Positions 10,157 to 19,864 of a DNA stretch of 64,000 nucleotides are shown piece by piece. Origin of the DNA: an uncultured bacterium (lineage in GTDB: Bacteria; Bacillota_I; Bacilli_A; RF39; UBA660); the NCBI GenBank assembly GCA_949296705.1, contig CASFOW010000014.1, forward strand, positions 956 to 64,955, read 5' to 3'. Made by a program: the position numbers and the translations under genes. How positions within the stretch are numbered: the stretch's first letter is position 1; each line of letters begins with the position of its first letter. The notes below the pieces were generated by a model. The model was not told the origin of the DNA. It made no database searches and saw only the letters and a list, made by a program, of their open reading frames with translations.

Positions 10157-10928
10157 CTATGCAGGAAATAATATAATACATGATACAAGAGACAATACCT
10201 AAGATAACTACTGAAGTGATAACTAGATTAATATTAAATACTTGAGAACCATACATAATTAAATAACCCAATCCCTCTTTAGAAACCAATAATTCTCCCA
10301 TAATTACCCCGATTAAAGACATACTAATATTAATTTTAAGACAATTTATGATTGTATTTTTATTACTTGGAACAATTAATTTATAGAATATCTGATATTT
10401 TTTCGCATTTAACGTCTGTAATAGGCGAACATAATAAGAATCAGTAGAGATGAATCCATTATAGATGTTAATGATAGTAATAAAAGTAGAAATGAGTAGT
10501 GCCATAAAAATAATTGAATTGGTATTAGCGCCTACCCAAATAATAATAAGGGGACCTAAAGCAACTTTAGGTAAAGAATTCATGACCGTCAAATAGGGAT
10601 CAACAATTTTAGCAATCGTTTTATTCCACCAAAGAATAGAGGCAACGACAAAGCCGATGATTAAGCTAATCCCAAAACTAACTAGCGTTTCATACACTGT
10701 AATCCAAACATGATTAAGTAAATTATTCTGTTGCCATAAAGAATAGAAGGTATCTATTACCTCAGAAGGTGAACTAGATAGAAAAGTATTAATCCAACCC
10801 ATTCGTGCACTAATTTCCCAAATAACTAAGAAGAAAACAATAATGGCAATTTGAAAAAAAAGTACGATAAATTTATTCTGCTTTCTTTTTCGTAAAAATT
10901 GTTTATGCTCTTCACTATAAGTAAACAT
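10134..10928 (-). CDS. ABC transporter permease (NitT/TauT/SsuC family)
   Basis: The protein has 6 TM helices and the binding-protein-dependent permease pattern. RBS GGAGGG. It overlaps the upstream ATPase gene. Confidence 0.75.
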   Translation of the reverse strand: MFTYSEEHKQFLRKRKQNKFIVLFFQIAIIVFFLVIWEISARMGWINTFLSSSPSEVIDTFYSLWQQNNLLNHVWITVYETLVSFGISLIIGFVVASILWWNKTIAKIVDPYLTVMNSLPKVALGPLIIIWVGANTNSIIFMALLISTFITIINIYNGFISTDSYYVRLLQTLNAKKYQIFYKLIVPSNKNTIINCLKINISMSLIGVIMGELLVSKEGLGYLIMYGSQVFNINLVITSVVILGIVSCIMYYIISCIEKKMIKN

Positions 10929-11664
10929 CTAAATCCCTCCAAATCTGATCATAATAATGATTAAATTCTTTGCACTTTCGATTTTGAATCGGAGTAGACT
11001 TGTCAGTTAAATGAATATCATAGATCTTTTTAACCCCAGCTGGTCGCTTACTTAATACCACCACTCGATCAGACATGGAAATGGCTTCCGCTAAATCGTG
11101 AGTAACTAATATAGCTGTCTTGCCTTCATTTTTAATAATTTGGTACACATCATCGGATAACGATAATCGAGATAAAGAATCCAGTGCAGAAAACGGTTCA
11201 TCCAATAAAAGAATATCTGGATCAATTGCTAAGGTTCTAATTAAAGCTACTCGCTGTCTCATACCTCCCGATAATGAATCAGGATATTTATCAATAAATT
11301 CTCCTAAACCATAAGTATTTAGTAAATCAATAACACGTTGTTTAGTTTTTTCATTTAAAGTATGACTAATTTCTAAACCAATTAAACAGTTTTCTAAAAT
11401 CGTACGCCAAGGAAATAGGGCATCTTTTTGTAACATGTATCCCATACGGATATTTTCTTTATGAAAAGTAATTTTTCCTGCTGACTTTTCTTCAAGATTA
11501 GATAGGATAGAAAGTAAACTAGTTTTTCCACATCCAGAAGGTCCAACGATTGCGACAAGTTCTTTATCGTAAATATCAAGAGAGATATTATCGATGGCGA
11601 CAATTTCTCCGCTTGTATCATGGTAGATTTTTTTTACTTTATCGATTGTAAGAATTTTTTTCAT
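10915..11664 (-). CDS. ABC transporter ATP-binding protein (SsuB/TauB family)
   Basis: Walker A GPSGCGKTS, signature LSGGMRQRVAL, Walker B ILLLDEPFSALD. Confidence 0.85.
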   Translation of the reverse strand: MKKILTIDKVKKIYHDTSGEIVAIDNISLDIYDKELVAIVGPSGCGKTSLLSILSNLEEKSAGKITFHKENIRMGYMLQKDALFPWRTILENCLIGLEISHTLNEKTKQRVIDLLNTYGLGEFIDKYPDSLSGGMRQRVALIRTLAIDPDILLLDEPFSALDSLSRLSLSDDVYQIIKNEGKTAILVTHDLAEAISMSDRVVVLSKRPAGVKKIYDIHLTDKSTPIQNRKCKEFNHYYDQIWRDLDVYL

Positions 11665-11665
11665 A

Positions 11666-12364
11666 CTAATCCCTAGTATAAATTAAATCTTCATATTTTA
11701 CCGTACTATCTAGCTCTCCTGCTGCTTTCATGATATCTTGTAAATGATAGAATGAATCTTCCTTGAAATCTGTAGTAGTAGGCCATGCATCAATACTACG
11801 ATATCTAGCAATCACTTCTACTAAATCATTCATAGAAGTATCTGGAAAGAATTCAATAATTGCATTAGCTACTTCTTCATCGTTATGATCGTGTACATAA
11901 TCTAGCCCTTTTTGGATAGCTCTTGTAAATTTCTCAATGATCTCTGGATTTTCTTCAATGTAGCTAATTCTAGCACTATAAGAAGTGTATGGAACAACCC
12001 CGCCAAGTTCACCAATTGAGGCTACTACATAACCAAATCCTTGATTTTCTACTTGAGTCGCATTAGGTTCAAATAGGGTAACAAAGTCTCCCTGACCCCC
12101 TATAAAAGCACCAGACATTGCCGCAAAGGCAACACTTGTATCAATATCTAAATCATTAACTGGATCGATTCCATTCTGTCGAAGTGCCCATTCAAAAGTC
12201 ATTTCTGGCATTCCGCCTTTTCTTCCCCCAATAACACTTTTTCCCCGTAAGTCATCAAGAGTAAAGTCTTCATATTTTTCCCTTGAGACTAAGAAAGAAC
12301 CATCTTTTTGGGTTAATTGAGCAAATGTCTTCAAATAATCTTTTTCGCCGGCATTATAAACATA
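11666..12364 (-). pseudogene. 3' fragment of an NMT1/SsuA-like substrate-binding protein gene, interrupted by the island 1 insertion
   Basis: The sequence is homologous to the C-terminal two-thirds of NMT1/THI5-like SBPs, but there is no signal peptide. The reading frame runs upstream to a TAG at 12377-12379, created at the insertion junction. Confidence 0.7.
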
Positions 12365-12586
12365 GCTAACTGCTCCCTAAGGGATAGTAGTAAAATAATC
12401 ATTATATTCAAATTATAGTTATTAGTATATTCAAAAGACAAAGAAACATTTTGATTATCTCTAATTTCAATTATCTTGCCATTATTCACGCTGATTATCT
12501 CCCAAAAATAAAGTAAATGATAACTAGCGGAATAAGCTATATACTTTTTATTCATAAATTGTTAAGATGAACTTGAGGTGTTTATC

Positions 12587-13570
12587 ATGAACCAAGAAAA
12601 AATGGGATTATTTATTAGTGAACTTAGAAAAGAATATAAGCTTACACAAAAGGAACTTGCTGATAAATTAGGAATATTAGATACTTCAATTTCTAAATGG
12701 GAACGTGGAATTAACGCACCAGATATTTCTTATTTAACAGAACTTTCTAAAATATTTCATGTAACAGTACAAGAACTTTTAAATGGTGAAAGAAACTTTA
12801 AGAAAAAAGAAATAGATATTCATCATCATAGTAAGGTATTAGAAGTAGCTAATCTATCGAAGTCTTTTGGTAAAAGAAAAGTCCTAGATAATATTAACTT
12901 AACCATTTATGAAGGAGATATTATCGGCTTAATTGGTCCAAATGGTGCTGGAAAAACTACCTTGATAAAAACAATTCTTCGTCTTTACTACTACGATAAA
13001 GGTAGTGTAGAAATCTGTGGATATGATACAAAAAAACAATTAGAGCAAGCACTATCTAAAGTAGGGGCAATTATCGAAAAACCAGACATGTATGATCAAC
13101 TTACCGGACGAAAAAATTTAAAGATAACAGAACTTCTAAATAATATTCATAATCAAAAATATGTTGAGGAAATGATTGAATTTGTAGGATTAAAAACCAG
13201 AATCAATGATAAAGTAAAGAAATATTCGTTAGGAATGAAACAACGTTTAGCGATAGCCAATGCTTTGATAAAAAAGCCTAAATTATTAATTTTAGATGAA
13301 CCGACAAACGGTTTAGACCCAAAAGGAATAAGAGAATTAAGACAAATGTTAAAAACAATTAGCCAAGAACAAAATATGAGTATCTTAATTAGTAGTCATA
13401 TTTTATCAGAGGTAGAAAATATTTGTGATCGAGTAGTAATTATTGACCAAGGAAGGTTAGTAAAAGAGTTCGGAATCGAAGAAGTAAAATATAAAAACAT
13501 TAGTTTGGAAGAAGAGTATTTTTCTGAAACCGAAAGCTTTGAAAATGGTGAAGAACATGAAAATAATTAA
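12587..13570 (+). CDS. XRE-family HTH domain fused to an ABC transporter ATP-binding domain
   Basis: The N-terminal roughly 65 aa form an HTH_3 domain (LTQKELADKLGILDTSISKWERG). This is followed by Walker A GPNGAGKTT, signature YSLGMKQRLAIA and Walker B LLILDEPTNGLD. GAGGTG RBS, ATG at 12587. Confidence 0.75.
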   Translation: MNQEKMGLFISELRKEYKLTQKELADKLGILDTSISKWERGINAPDISYLTELSKIFHVTVQELLNGERNFKKKEIDIHHHSKVLEVANLSKSFGKRKVLDNINLTIYEGDIIGLIGPNGAGKTTLIKTILRLYYYDKGSVEICGYDTKKQLEQALSKVGAIIEKPDMYDQLTGRKNLKITELLNNIHNQKYVEEMIEFVGLKTRINDKVKKYSLGMKQRLAIANALIKKPKLLILDEPTNGLDPKGIRELRQMLKTISQEQNMSILISSHILSEVENICDRVVIIDQGRLVKEFGIEEVKYKNISLEEEYFSETESFENGEEHENN

Positions 13571-15167
13571 TTTAGTTAAAAGTGAATTTATCAAAAACTA
13601 CAATGTAAAAAGATGGGCAATTATTTCTATAGTATTAATCCTTGCCTCTCTTTTCCTCATTCATTATACAGATAGTCTTCTGGAAGAATACACAACATAC
13701 GATGATTCAGGATTAAAAACAAGTATCGATTCTTTTGAAAATTCCCTTAAAAATTTAGAAAAAAAAGAAGCTAAAACATTAAATGATGAATATGAAATAT
13801 TTTTTGGTAGAAACTATATTGACTATATGAGTATACTACTAAATAAAAAGATAGATCATCGAAATGATTGGAAGTTTGATTTCATCAATGAACAAGTATT
13901 ACCAATTTTATCAGAAAATTTCTTGATTGAAAAAATAGTTAATGAACAAAGATATGAAGAGGTTTTAGAATTTTGTGATTACAAAGATAAAAATCCTAGT
14001 GTATATGGACTACAAATATGTCAAAATATTATATCAACTAATACAAATAATGGTAGAAATTTGACTAAACTAGAAGAACTCTATAAAAATAATCTACAAA
14101 CAATAACAGATTATCAACAACTACTAAAGGAAAATAAATACTATTTATATCTACAGTATCAAGTAGATCATGGACAAATCGAAAACGATAAAATTGTTCA
14201 AACTTTACTAAACAAGAAAGTAGAAACAAATACTGATTTTTTAGGATTAAATTACTTACAATATCAACGTCTAAAAGAAAATACTAAAATAGAAATTATG
14301 GATGAAGAAGAGTATAATCAAACACCTCCAGGTGATTATGCTTCTTATCAAGAATATGTGTCTTATAATACAAAATTAAAAAATGATGCGATAAAAAATA
14401 GAGAAATTTTATTATACAGCACAGAACATGAAATTAAACATGATATTTCGTATAATCTACTAGATGGCGTAACAGAAGAAATTAGATATATGAATACCAA
14501 AATAAAAGTAAATCAAGTATTTCATTTGTCAGTTGTAGTGATGATTATCGTAGCGATTCTAAATAGTGGAATCATTAGCCGTGAACATAGTAAAGGAACG
14601 ATAAAAAACATTATTACAACACCGGTTCAAAGATGGAAAATATTACTAAGTAAATTTATTTATTTACTATTAGATACTTATTTCATATGGTTATTAGGTC
14701 TGATAATAATTAGTTTACTTGCTGGTATTCAATATGGCTTTAATGATCTACTAGAACCCAAATTAGTTTATATAGGTGGTGAGGTTAAAGCAGTAAATTA
14801 CTATCTCTATATTTTAAAAGATATCTTCCTAGCTAGTATTCCACTCATTTGTTTCTTAAGTATTTTGTTTTTCCTATCTACAGTAACACTAAATACTTCT
14901 TTAACAGTCGGAATAATCTCTTCTTTATCTGTAGTATCTTTCTTTCTTTGGATTATGATGATAACAAATAGCTTTCCCAATATAGTATATACCCCGTTCT
15001 GGTATTTAGATTGTGGTTATATTTTAAGTAATGCTGAAATCTATGTGGATTCATTAAGAAATATTTCTTACAATTTAAAAACCGGTATTATTAGCTCTTT
15101 TGTGATTAGTATCATCTTATATATCTTTACTAATATTATTTATAGTAAACGAGACATTAAAAACTAG
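13557..15167 (+). CDS. ABC-2-type permease with a large extracytoplasmic domain
   Basis: The start MKIINLVKSEFIK is typical of ABC-2 permeases. An N-terminal TM helix and a roughly 300-aa loop are followed by 5 C-terminal TM helices. The gene overlaps the ATPase gene. Confidence 0.65.
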   Translation: MKIINLVKSEFIKNYNVKRWAIISIVLILASLFLIHYTDSLLEEYTTYDDSGLKTSIDSFENSLKNLEKKEAKTLNDEYEIFFGRNYIDYMSILLNKKIDHRNDWKFDFINEQVLPILSENFLIEKIVNEQRYEEVLEFCDYKDKNPSVYGLQICQNIISTNTNNGRNLTKLEELYKNNLQTITDYQQLLKENKYYLYLQYQVDHGQIENDKIVQTLLNKKVETNTDFLGLNYLQYQRLKENTKIEIMDEEEYNQTPPGDYASYQEYVSYNTKLKNDAIKNREILLYSTEHEIKHDISYNLLDGVTEEIRYMNTKIKVNQVFHLSVVVMIIVAILNSGIISREHSKGTIKNIITTPVQRWKILLSKFIYLLLDTYFIWLLGLIIISLLAGIQYGFNDLLEPKLVYIGGEVKAVNYYLYILKDIFLASIPLICFLSILFFLSTVTLNTSLTVGIISSLSVVSFFLWIMMITNSFPNIVYTPFWYLDCGYILSNAEIYVDSLRNISYNLKTGIISSFVISIILYIFTNIIYSKRDIKN

Positions 15168-15220
15168 AAAAAATAAATTTAAAAAGGACTATCAGTTATA
15201 GGATAATCCTAAGAAAATAG

Positions 15221-15264
15221 GCTAAATATCAATAGTAATTAACCAGATATTTAGCTATTTTTTC
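15221..15264 (+). terminator. Putative terminator
   Basis: Stem gctaaatatc / gatatttagc with a 15-nt loop, followed by TATTTTTTC. Confidence 0.45.
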
Positions 15265-15340
15265 TTAGTTATTTTTCTCTATCGGAAAACATAAAAGTAT
15301 CATAATCTCATAAAATTTTATGAGGTGAAAAAAGAAATAT

Positions 15341-15592
15341 ATGATTGATATTAAAGATTTGATTTTATCAGATAACCATCTGAATTTACTCCTAGAAAAG
15401 CACTTATCTAACCAACTATATGAATATAATCTTCTTTCCTTTTCTATTTATGAAAAGATAAAAGAAGAAATTAATCATGAAATATTAGAAATAAAACAAA
15501 ATTTTAAAAAGATAGAACCAGATTTCTTGTTATCAACACCACCAAGAGTAAAATTATTTCTCGATAGAAAAGAGAATTTTAATGATGAATGA
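15341..15592 (+). CDS. Small protein translationally coupled to the serine recombinase (candidate accessory or directionality factor)
   Basis: 83 aa with a GAGGTG RBS. Its 3' end overlaps the recombinase start by 11 nt. Confidence 0.45.
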   Translation: MIDIKDLILSDNHLNLLLEKHLSNQLYEYNLLSFSIYEKIKEEINHEILEIKQNFKKIEPDFLLSTPPRVKLFLDRKENFNDE

Positions 15593-17267
15593 AGAAGGGA
15601 AAAGTTCACTAGTAGAAGAAATAAGAAGACAAATTTCCACAGGAAAATCAATCTACGATTTAGCCTTACGAGTTACTTATTATGCTAGAGTTTCAAGTGA
15701 TAGTGAAGAACAAGCAACATCAGTAGTCAACCAAGTAGATTACTTTTGTCATTTAATTCAAGCTAATTCGAATTGGACTTTCACAGGTGGTTATATTGAC
15801 GAAGGAATTAGTGGAAAAAGTGTAAATAAAAGGGAAGCATTTTTAAAAATGATAGATGATGCTCAAAAAGATCAATTTGATTTAATTTTAACCAAAAGTG
15901 TACCTAGATTTGCAAGAAATACCTTAGATAGTATTCGATATACAGAAGAATTATTAAAATATGGGGTTGGGGTTTATTTTTTAAATGATAATATTAATAC
16001 CTTTTTACCAGACTCAGAGTTTCGGTTAACCCTAATGGCTAGTATTGCTCAGGACGATTTGAGAAAACTATCAGAAAACGTGAAGTTTGGATTAAGACAA
16101 TCCATAAAAAGAGGGGTAGTGTTAGGAAGTAATAATATCTATGGCTATATAAAAGATAAAGGTAGCTTAAAAATAATTGAAAAAGAAGCCACTATAGTTA
16201 AAAAAATGTTCATTTTATACGATAGTTATTCTAGTTTAAAAAAAACTTCATTACTATTAGAAAAATTAGGTTATTTTAATCGTAAAGGAAAACCTTTTGA
16301 TACAACAACAATTAGAAGAATCTTGATGAATCCAAAGTATAAAGGCTATTATTGCGGTAATAAAACAACTGTCTTGGATTATAAATCTGGAATAACTAAA
16401 CAGCTTACTAAAGATAAATGGGTAGTTTATAAAGACAATAAAAAAATTCCTCCTATTGTTTCTGAAGAACTATGGGATAGAGTAAATCATGAATTAGCGA
16501 AAAAACAAAATAATTATCATAGTAAAAAGAGGATAAATACGGTAGGTAATTATGCATACAGCGGAAAACTAATTTGTAAGGAACATAAAATAGCCTATAC
16601 TAGATCAGGAAGGAAAAAGAATCGCCAGAACGATTATCGCTATTGGTCATGTAGGCTATATAAAAGAGGAGTTAAGTACTGTAGTAGTCCGCTACTAAAA
16701 GAATCTAATCTTGATATATGGTTTCAGTATATAATCAGTAAATTTTTTCCGGACAAAGAAATGGTAAAAGAACGATTGATTAATAGAATAAAAAAATTCA
16801 ATACGGATGAAGAATTTACTCAAAAACAAGCCAGTATAGCGAAGAAACAGCTAAATTTAGAAACGCAAAAAGAAAAATTATTTGAACTAGTCAGTAATAA
16901 CTATATCACTAACGAAGAATTTAGACAAAAAAATGAAATTCTGAATCAGAAACTCTATAATCTGAAAACAGAACAACAGACTTTAGAAGCAAAAGCACCT
17001 GTAGAAGGAAAAAACAAACAGCTAATTCTTCAACTAGATAGAGAACTAGATATTAAATATCATTTAGCTGATTATATAGATTTATTGGTGGACTGTATTT
17101 ATGTTTCCAAAGTAGATAATAATCGCCACTTAGTAAGACTAGAAATAGTGTTAAAAACAGGATTAAATATTCTGATAGATTATGATCAATTCGCTATGAA
17201 ATATAAGGAAAATTGGCAACTAAATTCCGATGAAAATTTTGTTAGATTTTTCTATTACAAATCATAA
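15582..17267 (+). CDS. Large serine recombinase
   Basis: The N-terminal resolvase domain contains the YYARVSSD catalytic-serine motif. It is followed by a recombinase domain and a Cys-containing zinc-ribbon region (CKEHK…CRLYKRGVKYC), then a C-terminal coiled coil. Confidence 0.85.
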   Translation: MMNEEGKSSLVEEIRRQISTGKSIYDLALRVTYYARVSSDSEEQATSVVNQVDYFCHLIQANSNWTFTGGYIDEGISGKSVNKREAFLKMIDDAQKDQFDLILTKSVPRFARNTLDSIRYTEELLKYGVGVYFLNDNINTFLPDSEFRLTLMASIAQDDLRKLSENVKFGLRQSIKRGVVLGSNNIYGYIKDKGSLKIIEKEATIVKKMFILYDSYSSLKKTSLLLEKLGYFNRKGKPFDTTTIRRILMNPKYKGYYCGNKTTVLDYKSGITKQLTKDKWVVYKDNKKIPPIVSEELWDRVNHELAKKQNNYHSKKRINTVGNYAYSGKLICKEHKIAYTRSGRKKNRQNDYRYWSCRLYKRGVKYCSSPLLKESNLDIWFQYIISKFFPDKEMVKERLINRIKKFNTDEEFTQKQASIAKKQLNLETQKEKLFELVSNNYITNEEFRQKNEILNQKLYNLKTEQQTLEAKAPVEGKNKQLILQLDRELDIKYHLADYIDLLVDCIYVSKVDNNRHLVRLEIVLKTGLNILIDYDQFAMKYKENWQLNSDENFVRFFYYKS

Positions 17268-17289
17268 ATTTCCTTCAACCGACCGTAAC

Positions 17290-17589
17290 CTAAATACATG
17301 CTTCACTACCAGAAAAACCAATTTGAACATCTCCTGATAAGACAGCAGCTGTGACCTTATCTGCTCCAGGTGTCAGTAATAACTCAATCTCTAATCCTTC
17401 TTCTTCAAAAAAACCTTGACTGATCGCTATATATTGTGGAGCATAAAAAATCGTGTGCGCAACTTCCGCAACCGTAATTTTTTCTAAAGAAGAATCCTTT
17501 TTCTCATTTTTATTTAAGTCCAAAAAGAACAAACTAGCAAGTGCAAGAACTATAATAAAAATGAGTAAAACATATAAAAATTTTCTCAT
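17290..17589 (-). pseudogene. 5' fragment (99 codons) of the NMT1/SsuA-like SBP gene: signal peptide plus N-terminal domain
   Basis: AAGGAGG RBS and a signal peptide (LLIFIIVLALASLFF). It matches the conserved SBP N-terminal region (FYAPQYIAISQGFFEEEGL…SGDVQIGFSGSEA). The stop TAG is created at the junction. Confidence 0.7.
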
Positions 17590-17817
17590 ATTTCCTCCTT
17601 TACTAATGTATTATATGAAAAACTTAAACAAGTGCTATTAATAGCCCAAAGGAAAAAGAAAATATTCTATAAACATTAAATCCTAAAACCACCTACTGAT
17701 GTGATATACTATAAATAGAAAAACTATTGACAGATTCATTTTATGAATAGGAATAACCACGAAAGAAGCAAAAAAAATAGAATAATCATATAAATAAGTA
17801 AGAGGAGAAGATGTAAC

Positions 17818-18609
17818 ATGGGGCATGTACTAAAAATTTGTACTTTTAATGTTAGAAATGACAACTTAATACCCAATTTAACTACAGAAATGATTAGATC
17901 TAACTACCATAAATTACTAATGGGTTACCAGATAGATATCTTATGTACCCAAGAATTAATTGAAAGTACTATGAAAGTCATAAGAGAATATTTCCCACAA
18001 TATCATATTTTAGGAGATTACCGTTATGGAAAAGGAAGATTAGTAAAAAAGATAAAAACATTGAAAAAATATAACGAAGCTAATGCCATCATTACTCCTT
18101 TTTCAGTAATAAATACGAAGACTTATTCCCTACCTTGGATACCAAGAAAGCTTAAAGAAATCTATAATGGAATATTTAAATACCGTTCTCTAACCCCTAG
18201 AATTATCACCCTTTCTAATCTTAAAATACCTAAAGAAATTGTAGTTATTAATACTCATTTAGATTGCCATATTGAAAGCATTAAAAATATTCAATTAAAA
18301 AAGTTAGAAAAGATTCTGAAAAAACAAACTAATCCCATCATTTTAACAGGAGATTTCAATACGGATAAAGATGATCCAATTTTTACTCATTTCATCGCTA
18401 TATTAAAACAATTAGGATTAAAAAGAGTAGAGTACGATCAAAAAACATTTGCTAAGTCGAAAAAGGATGCTGCAATCGATCATATCTTTATTCCTAACTC
18501 TTGGAAAATAAGAAATGTAGAAGCAATTAAAGATCGGAATCTAGAATATTATAGTGATCATTACCCTATTTATGTAGAAGTAGAAATACCAGAAGAAGAA
18601 AAGAACTAG
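17818..18609 (+). CDS. Endonuclease/exonuclease/phosphatase (EEP) family protein
   Basis: LKICTFNVRN start and SDHYPIYVEV C-terminal motif; strong RBS AGGAGAAG. Confidence 0.7.
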   Translation: MGHVLKICTFNVRNDNLIPNLTTEMIRSNYHKLLMGYQIDILCTQELIESTMKVIREYFPQYHILGDYRYGKGRLVKKIKTLKKYNEANAIITPFSVINTKTYSLPWIPRKLKEIYNGIFKYRSLTPRIITLSNLKIPKEIVVINTHLDCHIESIKNIQLKKLEKILKKQTNPIILTGDFNTDKDDPIFTHFIAILKQLGLKRVEYDQKTFAKSKKDAAIDHIFIPNSWKIRNVEAIKDRNLEYYSDHYPIYVEVEIPEEEKN

Positions 18610-18695
18610 AAAAAGATAATTTTATCTAACTATAGTAAAATAAAATAAAGTTTGTTATAATGAAGTAAGTAAAATTAGCATCAACAGGAGGAAAT

Positions 18696-19856
18696 ATGGG
18701 ACTATTTAGTAAAATTAAAAATATGTTTAAAGGGGAAAATAAATCCCAAGAAAAAGAGCTTGAAACTAAAGAAAAAGTAATTGAAGAAGGTGGCGAAAAG
18801 CAAGAAGAAACCAAAGAACTATCTTCAGCTAAAGAAGTAGAACATCAAGAAGAAGTATCTTCAGAAAAAGAAATAAAAAAAGAATCAGAAATAAAAAAAG
18901 ACACATCACCTAATGAAGTACCCCTTAAAAGGGCCAATAAAGTATATGAAAAAGGATTAACAAAGAGTCGAAAAGGGTTTGTGTCTAATCTAATCAATTT
19001 AACTTCTAAATATCATAGAATCAATGAAGAGTATTTTGAAGAATTAGAAGAGATTTTGATTATGGCCGATATCGGTGTAAATACGGTTATGGAGTTCATG
19101 GATCGCTTAAGAAGTAGAGTCCAAAAAGAAAAAATAGAAGATCCAGAAGCATTAAAAGAAATTATTGTCGATGAGTTATTTATCATTTATGTAGACGATA
19201 ATATTTTAACCAACAAAATTAATTATAATCCAGATGGACCTACAGTATTATTATTTATTGGTGTAAATGGAGTAGGAAAGACTACAACGATTGGAAAATT
19301 AGCTTGGAAATTAAAAGAAGAAGGGAAAAAAGTATTATTAGTAGCGGGAGATACTTTTCGAGCTGGTGCGACTAAGCAGTTAGAAGAGTGGAGCGAAAAA
19401 GTAGGAGTATCCTTTATTGGTAAAGCGGAAGGTGCTGACCCTGCATCTGTAGTTTATGATGGCCTAGAAAAAGCAAAACAAGAAAATTACGATGTGGTCA
19501 TGATCGATACAGCCGGACGACTTCAAAATAAAACCAATTTGATGAGAGAACTAGAGAAAATTAATCGAGTTATTCAAAATGCTATACCTAATGCCCCTCA
19601 TGAAACATTACTAATTATTGATGCTACGACAGGACAAAACGGAATCAGTCAAGCCAAAAGTTTTCAAGAGATTACGAATATTACCGGTATCGTATTAACT
19701 AAATTGGATGGTACCGCAAAAGGAGGAATTGTCTTAGCAATCAAAGAAGAAGTCAATATACCAGTCAAATATATTGGTTTAGGAGAAACCAAAGAAGATC
19801 TTCAACCATTTGATATTGAACAATATATTTATGGATTATTCAAGGATATGATGTAG
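18696..19856 (+). CDS. ftsY: Signal recognition particle receptor FtsY
   Basis: Acidic N-terminus; SRP54-type GTPase motifs GVNGVGKTTTIGKLA, DTAGR and TKLDG. Confidence 0.9.
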   Translation: MGLFSKIKNMFKGENKSQEKELETKEKVIEEGGEKQEETKELSSAKEVEHQEEVSSEKEIKKESEIKKDTSPNEVPLKRANKVYEKGLTKSRKGFVSNLINLTSKYHRINEEYFEELEEILIMADIGVNTVMEFMDRLRSRVQKEKIEDPEALKEIIVDELFIIYVDDNILTNKINYNPDGPTVLLFIGVNGVGKTTTIGKLAWKLKEEGKKVLLVAGDTFRAGATKQLEEWSEKVGVSFIGKAEGADPASVVYDGLEKAKQENYDVVMIDTAGRLQNKTNLMRELEKINRVIQNAIPNAPHETLLIIDATTGQNGISQAKSFQEITNITGIVLTKLDGTAKGGIVLAIKEEVNIPVKYIGLGETKEDLQPFDIEQYIYGLFKDMM

Positions 19857-19864
19857 GAGTAAGT

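Larger units (their letters stand above)
12365..17290. mobile_element. About 4.9-kb integrative element with a large serine recombinase, inserted into the SBP gene
   Basis: A TA dinucleotide sits at both junctions (12363-12364 and 17291-17292). Joining the flanks restores a continuous SBP ORF (…GSEACI|YVYNAGEKDY…). The cargo is AT-rich, and the recombinase lies at the right end. Confidence 0.75.

Noticed and set aside
12331-12555. 74-aa minus-strand ORF abutting the truncated SBP fragment
   Set aside because: It lies in the left arm of the inserted element, has no RBS and no recognisable domain, and its frame differs from the SBP fragment. It is most likely a read-through artefact created by the insertion junction.
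17590-17817. Possible TPP or other riboswitch upstream of the NMT1-like SBP 5' fragment
   Set aside because: The conserved TPP-riboswitch elements (CUGAGA / ACCUGAUCUGGAUAAUGCCAGCG) are absent; the region is a divergent promoter spacer.
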